DNA of 11,114 nt from contig NW_021827050.1 in assembly GCF_006345805.1 (NCBI RefSeq), positions 1 to 11,114 of the forward strand, read 5' to 3'. Source of the stretch: Octopus sinensis (taxonomy: Eukaryota). The notes beneath the pieces were generated by a model, which ran no database searches, was not told where the DNA came from, and worked only from the letters and a program-made list of their open reading frames with translations. The position numbers and the translations under genes are program-made. Positions 8,157-11,114 of the stretch are shown here, in pieces (position 1 is the stretch's first letter; every line of letters starts with the position of its first letter).

Positions 8157-9073
8157 CTCTACACCATGCTTACACAAACAGGAGAATACAATCATGGCTG
8201 TCAGACAATTTCTGCGACCACATCACCCCTAACGTCTGGCCACCTTAACTTCCCAGACTGCCACACTTCTTTGATTATTATGTATGGGATGCAGTTGAGT
8301 GAGAGACCAACACCTTGTAGTAAGTACCAAAGATGAACTGAAGGCAAGGATTGCCTTGACCAACAAGGAGACTTGTTTAACTCCAGAAGAGTTGGAGTTG
8401 CAGGAGATCTCGAAGTCGTCTGGAGGCCGTGGTTGAAGCCAATGGCGATTTTATTGAATAAATTTACTCTTTAGTATTTCAAGATATTTTTATGTAATTT
8501 TGCTAAATATTTCTGTTAAAATGTGAAGTCATGAAAGCGCTATTGAAAAATTATCCAAAATTCTTCCTTAATTATAATTTATAATGATACAATATCATCT
8601 GTACAATCACTTCAAACACCTCATAATATTTATAGATCAAAACAGGAGATTGGACAATTTTTCTGCGTTGATATTGTAAATTAGTCTGCAGAGAATATTT
8701 CCCAGTGTTATTGCCATCACCTCTCTCTCTCTCTCCTCTCACACAACTAGAATTTAGAAAAAACTGAATTTAAAAAATAAAGCTTTTTTTATTTCGAGAT
8801 GACACAGCTGATTTTAACCTTTAAGGAACTGGTGTCGCTAATAGCACTATTCCGTTACTCTATGTCAAAATATCCTGTCACAGCATGCGTTCCTAAAAAC
8901 AAAGAAAATAGCTGGTGTCGCTTTCGCAGCATTAAATCCATGTAACCTGAGTTTGATCAATAGAGGCGTCACATCTAGAAACCGTAATCTCTCTTTTCTT
9001 GATGTTTGATGTGATGGAACAATCTTACGGGTTTACAAAGCTCTATGTTACACATGGAGTTGAGTAAAGCTGT

Positions 9074-9106
<33 letters not shown>

Positions 9107-9112
9107 TATATA

Positions 9113-9196
<84 letters not shown>
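9074..9196. repeat. (TA)n microsatellite
   Basis: Read directly from the sequence. Confidence 0.97.
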
Positions 9197-9200
<4 letters not shown>

Positions 9201-9204
9201 TATA

Positions 9205-9406
9205 CAGTAATCCCTCGCCATATTGTGGTTCACCTATTGCGGTTTATCATTTAAGCTTACGTCGATTCCTCCGTGGTGTTATAAAACATATACAAATTAT
9301 GAAAACAATAAAAAAGTAAATATACAGTACTGTTTATACTTCGCGGATTTTCTCTTATCGCGGGGGTTTTTGAAACGTAACACCCGCGATAGTCGAAAGA
9401 TTACTG
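9205..9406. mobile_element. Complete 202-bp Tigger/pogo-like MITE with TA TSD
   Basis: Left end TA|CAGTAATCCCTCGCCATATTGTGG versus reverse complement of right end TA|CAGTAATCTTTCGACTATCGCGG. There is an internal inverted pair TATCGCGGG (about 9357) / CCCGCGATA (9383-9391). Confidence 0.88.
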
Positions 9407-9414
9407 TATAACAT

Positions 9415-9489
9415 GTGTGTGTGTGTGTGTGTGTGTGTGTACGTGTGTGTGTGTGTGCGTGCGTGTGTGTACATAATACATACACACAC

Positions 9490-9545
<56 letters not shown>
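9415..9545. repeat. Compound (GT)n/(CA)n/(TA)n microsatellite
   Basis: Read directly from the sequence. Confidence 0.95.
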
Positions 9546-9570
9546 TTATTCTTTTACTCGTTTCAGTCTT

Positions 9571-9724
9571 TACGTTCTGAGTTCGAATTCCGCCGAGGTC
9601 GACTTTGCCTTTCATTCTTTCGGGGTCGATAAATTGAGAACCAGTGAAACACTGGGGTCGATCTAATCGATTAGTCTCCTGCCCTCAAATGTCCGCCCTT
9701 GTGCCTACGGCAGAAGGGATTATT
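9571..9724 (+). mobile_element. 5'-truncated family A SINE, abutting a ~22-bp minus-strand family B tail stub (about 9547-9568)
   Basis: TACGTTCTGAGTTCGAATTCCGCCGAGGTCGACTTTGCCTTTCATTCTTTCGGGGTCGATAAA...CCTTGTGCCTACGGCAGAAGGGATTATT, preceded by TCTTTTACTCGTTTCAGTC. Confidence 0.87.
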
Positions 9725-9752
9725 AAGAATTGCATAAAAAATTGTGTTAAAG

Positions 9753-9978
9753 AAGGCGGCGAGCTGGCAGAATCGTTAGCACGCCGGGCGAAATGCTTAG
9801 CGGTATTTCGTCTGCCGCTACGTTCTGATTTCAAGTTCCACCGCGGTCGACTTTGCCTTTTATCCGTTCGGTGGTGGAGGGGTCTATTAAATAAGTGCCA
9901 GCAACGCACTGGGGTCGATCTAATCGACTTACTCCCTCGCCGCATATTTTAGGCCTTGTGCCTATAACAGAAAGGATG
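9753..9978 (+). mobile_element. Full-length family A SINE
   Basis: AAGGCGGCGAGCTGGCAGAATCGTTAGCAC (A-box-like)...GATTTCAAGTTCC (decayed B box)...GGTCGACTTTGCCTTTTATCC...TAGGCCTTGTGCCTATAACAGAAAGGAT. Confidence 0.92.
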
Positions 9979-10029
9979 TTTCGTGTACTGTAGAACGTAA
10001 TCAATTTACTGCGCATAGATTTTAACAAC

Positions 10030-10082
10030 AAAATCCTACATGGACCTGCCAAGGGTTATATGGACTCTGGTGAGAACCACTG
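10030..10082 (+). mobile_element. 3' end of a hAT-Charlie-like MITE
   Basis: Ends GGTGAGAACCACTG (reverse complement of the CAGTGGTTCTCA Charlie-type TIR), followed by CTCTAAAT, similar to the NTCTAGAN Charlie target preference. The subterminal motif ATGGAC is repeated. No left TIR seen. Confidence 0.55.
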
Positions 10083-10090
10083 CTCTAAAT

Positions 10091-10146
10091 AGTTGCTCTA
10101 TTTGCTAGAAATAACAGCCAAATCCTGCCTCAATTCTTATCCTATA
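10091..10146 (+). mobile_element. Possible 3' tail fragment of an octopus SINE
   Basis: AGTTGCTCTATTTGCTAGAAATAACAGCCAAATC resembles a repeat tail I recall from octopus sequence. There is no second copy in this window to verify it against. Confidence 0.3.
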
Positions 10147-10596
10147 CGAGATGATAGAAAATCCTCCTGTAGGTTATTCTGCCGCGCCCTCCTGCAAGAA
10201 AGTACGGTCGGTGATATCAGTTTTTTGGTGTGCTAATGTTTTGCCGCTTTTTTTTTTCATGCAGTTAGCATCATGGCTTGGTTTGGGGGTACATTGTCCC
10301 TTTTTTTTTGTTAAAACATTTATTAAGAATAGTTAATCTGAGAGATTTGAGGGATTTTATTTTTCTGCGCCCTATATCATATGTAAAGGAGAACACAGTG
10401 CATTAGACGGAATTATTATCGCTACAAAGCTTTTAACCCAAGGTCTGGTCTGTGAGGACTGGACTGAGACTAATTGACAACAGCAATAACAACAACGAGG
10501 TCGGTGCCACCACCGATGCCACTACCGACGCCACCGCCGACACCCTGCATCCCTTGCAGCCGCCGACCACCTTCCATCTTCGGCACTCCACCGGAT

Positions 10597-11114
10597 AAAT
10601 TAACTTTACAAATGCCAGTGTCCTGTACAAAAGTTTCTAGACCATCTAACTGTAAATGCACAAGTCTTCACAATAACCACATCTTCATGTAATTAACGTT
10701 TTCTGTGAGCATTGGCCCTGAAATCAGCATATTCTCGGATCCTTTTGCACAATCGACCATTTCAATAACATGGCATCTCATCCTGAAAGCTTTAGTTTTA
10801 TTAAATATTTACCACACATCAACACCTTTACCTGTCTCTGAATCAGTCGCAAACTGCATTAACTTGTCCTTTTGTTTCTTAATGTCGTAAGTTGCTAAAG
10901 AATGTAAGTAAGATTGTTCCAGTTCGCATCTCTTTTCAATCGTTCTGTTCATTTTAATCTCTGGGTGTAACGTGAGCGCTATAAGCTTTCTTTCCATACC
11001 TTTCCCAAATTGGTTACACTTACCGACAATGGAAGACATTCTAACTAACGGATGCACAATATAATATAATTTTACGATAATGGCGGCTACGAAACAGTCG
11101 CTGGTCACAGTTCT
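10597..11114 (-). pseudogene. Candidate endogenous viral element: orthomyxo/influenza-like nucleoprotein fragment, open at the window edge
   Basis: ORFs 10809..11108 and 10470..10661 lie in the same frame, separated only by TAA (10809-10811) and TGA (10668-10670). Read-through: RTVTSDCFVAAIIVKLYYIVHPLVRMSSIVGKCNQFGKGMERKLIALTLHPEIKMNRTIEKRCELEQSYLHSLATYDIKKQKDKLMQFATDSETGKGVDVW*IFNKTKAFRMRCHVIEMVDCAKGSENMLISGPMLTENVNYMKMWLL*RLVHLQLDGLETFVQDTGICKVNL. By eye it is colinear with influenza A NP about 213-345 (reference sequence recalled from memory). Confidence 0.5.

Larger units (their letters stand above)
7389..8461 (+). pseudogene. DD37D (maT/Bmmar1-like) transposase pseudogene, internally deleted and interrupted at 7720-8156
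   Basis: N-terminus MTQFTLPEIWKR...GICAGSSNTNISECLGVTLRAVQ (HTH-like). A deletion near 7510 removes the first catalytic D region. It continues KHPVNIMMFGVITSDGDVMLPFIFPYSLRLNTEAYIKCLEEVVQPWV..RPYV..QDSTPC, and after the insert ..RRIQSWLSDNFCDHITPNVWPP..PDC..DYYVWDAVE..TKDELKARI..RSRLEAVVEANGDFIE*. After correcting frameshifts, the spacing from the QD aspartate to the DY aspartate is about 37 residues. Confidence 0.9.
7270..8525 (+). mobile_element. Decayed Tc1/mariner element of the DD37D (maT) type, right TIR missing
   Basis: Starts TA|CAGGGTG at 7268-7276 and contains a transposase pseudogene. No CACCCTG|TA found downstream, so the 3' end is approximate. Confidence 0.85.

Noticed and set aside
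8814-8922. TTAA|CCTTT piggyBac-like end and duplicated CTGGTGTCGCT (8829-8839, 8912-8922)
   Set aside because: There is no convincing partner TIR or second TTAA, so it is too degenerate to call.
168-9666. Low-complexity ORFs in the track (poly-YI, poly-Y/L/I, poly-ER, poly-HT/CV)
   Set aside because: They are translations of (TA)n, (AAT)n, (GA)n and (GT)n microsatellites, not proteins.
205-9978. Repeated GTCGAC/GGGGTCGAT motifs as a CRISPR array
   Set aside because: The copies are dispersed, in both orientations and embedded in SINEs. There are no regular spacers or cas genes, and the DNA is eukaryotic.
5052-10052. Recurrent ORFs containing [19 protein letters not shown] or [10 protein letters not shown]
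   Set aside because: These are antisense readings of family A SINE copies. Their recurrence reflects the repeat, not a gene family.
10443-10598. Plus-strand terminal exon VWSVRTGLRLIDNSNNNNEVGATTD...STG* (start resembles the end of a WD40 repeat)
   Set aside because: Weak acceptor (TTTTAACCCAAG), only about 7 residues of resemblance and no upstream exons identified. RNA-seq would be needed to exclude it fully.
10809-11114. Alternative identities for the terminal frame (influenza PA C-terminus, herpesvirus terminase DDLxVA motif)
   Set aside because: Only short isolated resemblances with inconsistent spacing, whereas the NP alignment is colinear across several blocks.

Overview
AT-rich, repeat-dense eukaryotic genomic DNA. 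The SINE families and TTAGGG-type repeats point to a coleoid cephalopod, most likely Octopus; this is inferred from recalled repeat consensus sequences, not a search. I can support no intact host gene, and most ORFs in the supplied track are microsatellite or SINE artefacts. The window holds about 12 tRNA-derived SINE copies or fragments from four families (some nested, some with target-site duplications), an internally deleted hAT element with a transposase C-terminus, a decayed L1/Tx1-type RT, a decayed DD37D (maT) Tc1/mariner transposase interrupted by a young 437-bp TIR element carrying telomere-like repeats, Tigger/pogo-type and Charlie-type MITE pieces, and many microsatellites. The most notable item is a minus-strand reading frame at about 10597-11114, running off the window edge and containing two premature stops. 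By eye it aligns colinearly with the body of influenza A nucleoprotein (about residues 213-345), making it a candidate endogenous orthomyxo-like (Articulavirales) viral element. The identity is in the twilight zone and needs HMM or structural confirmation.
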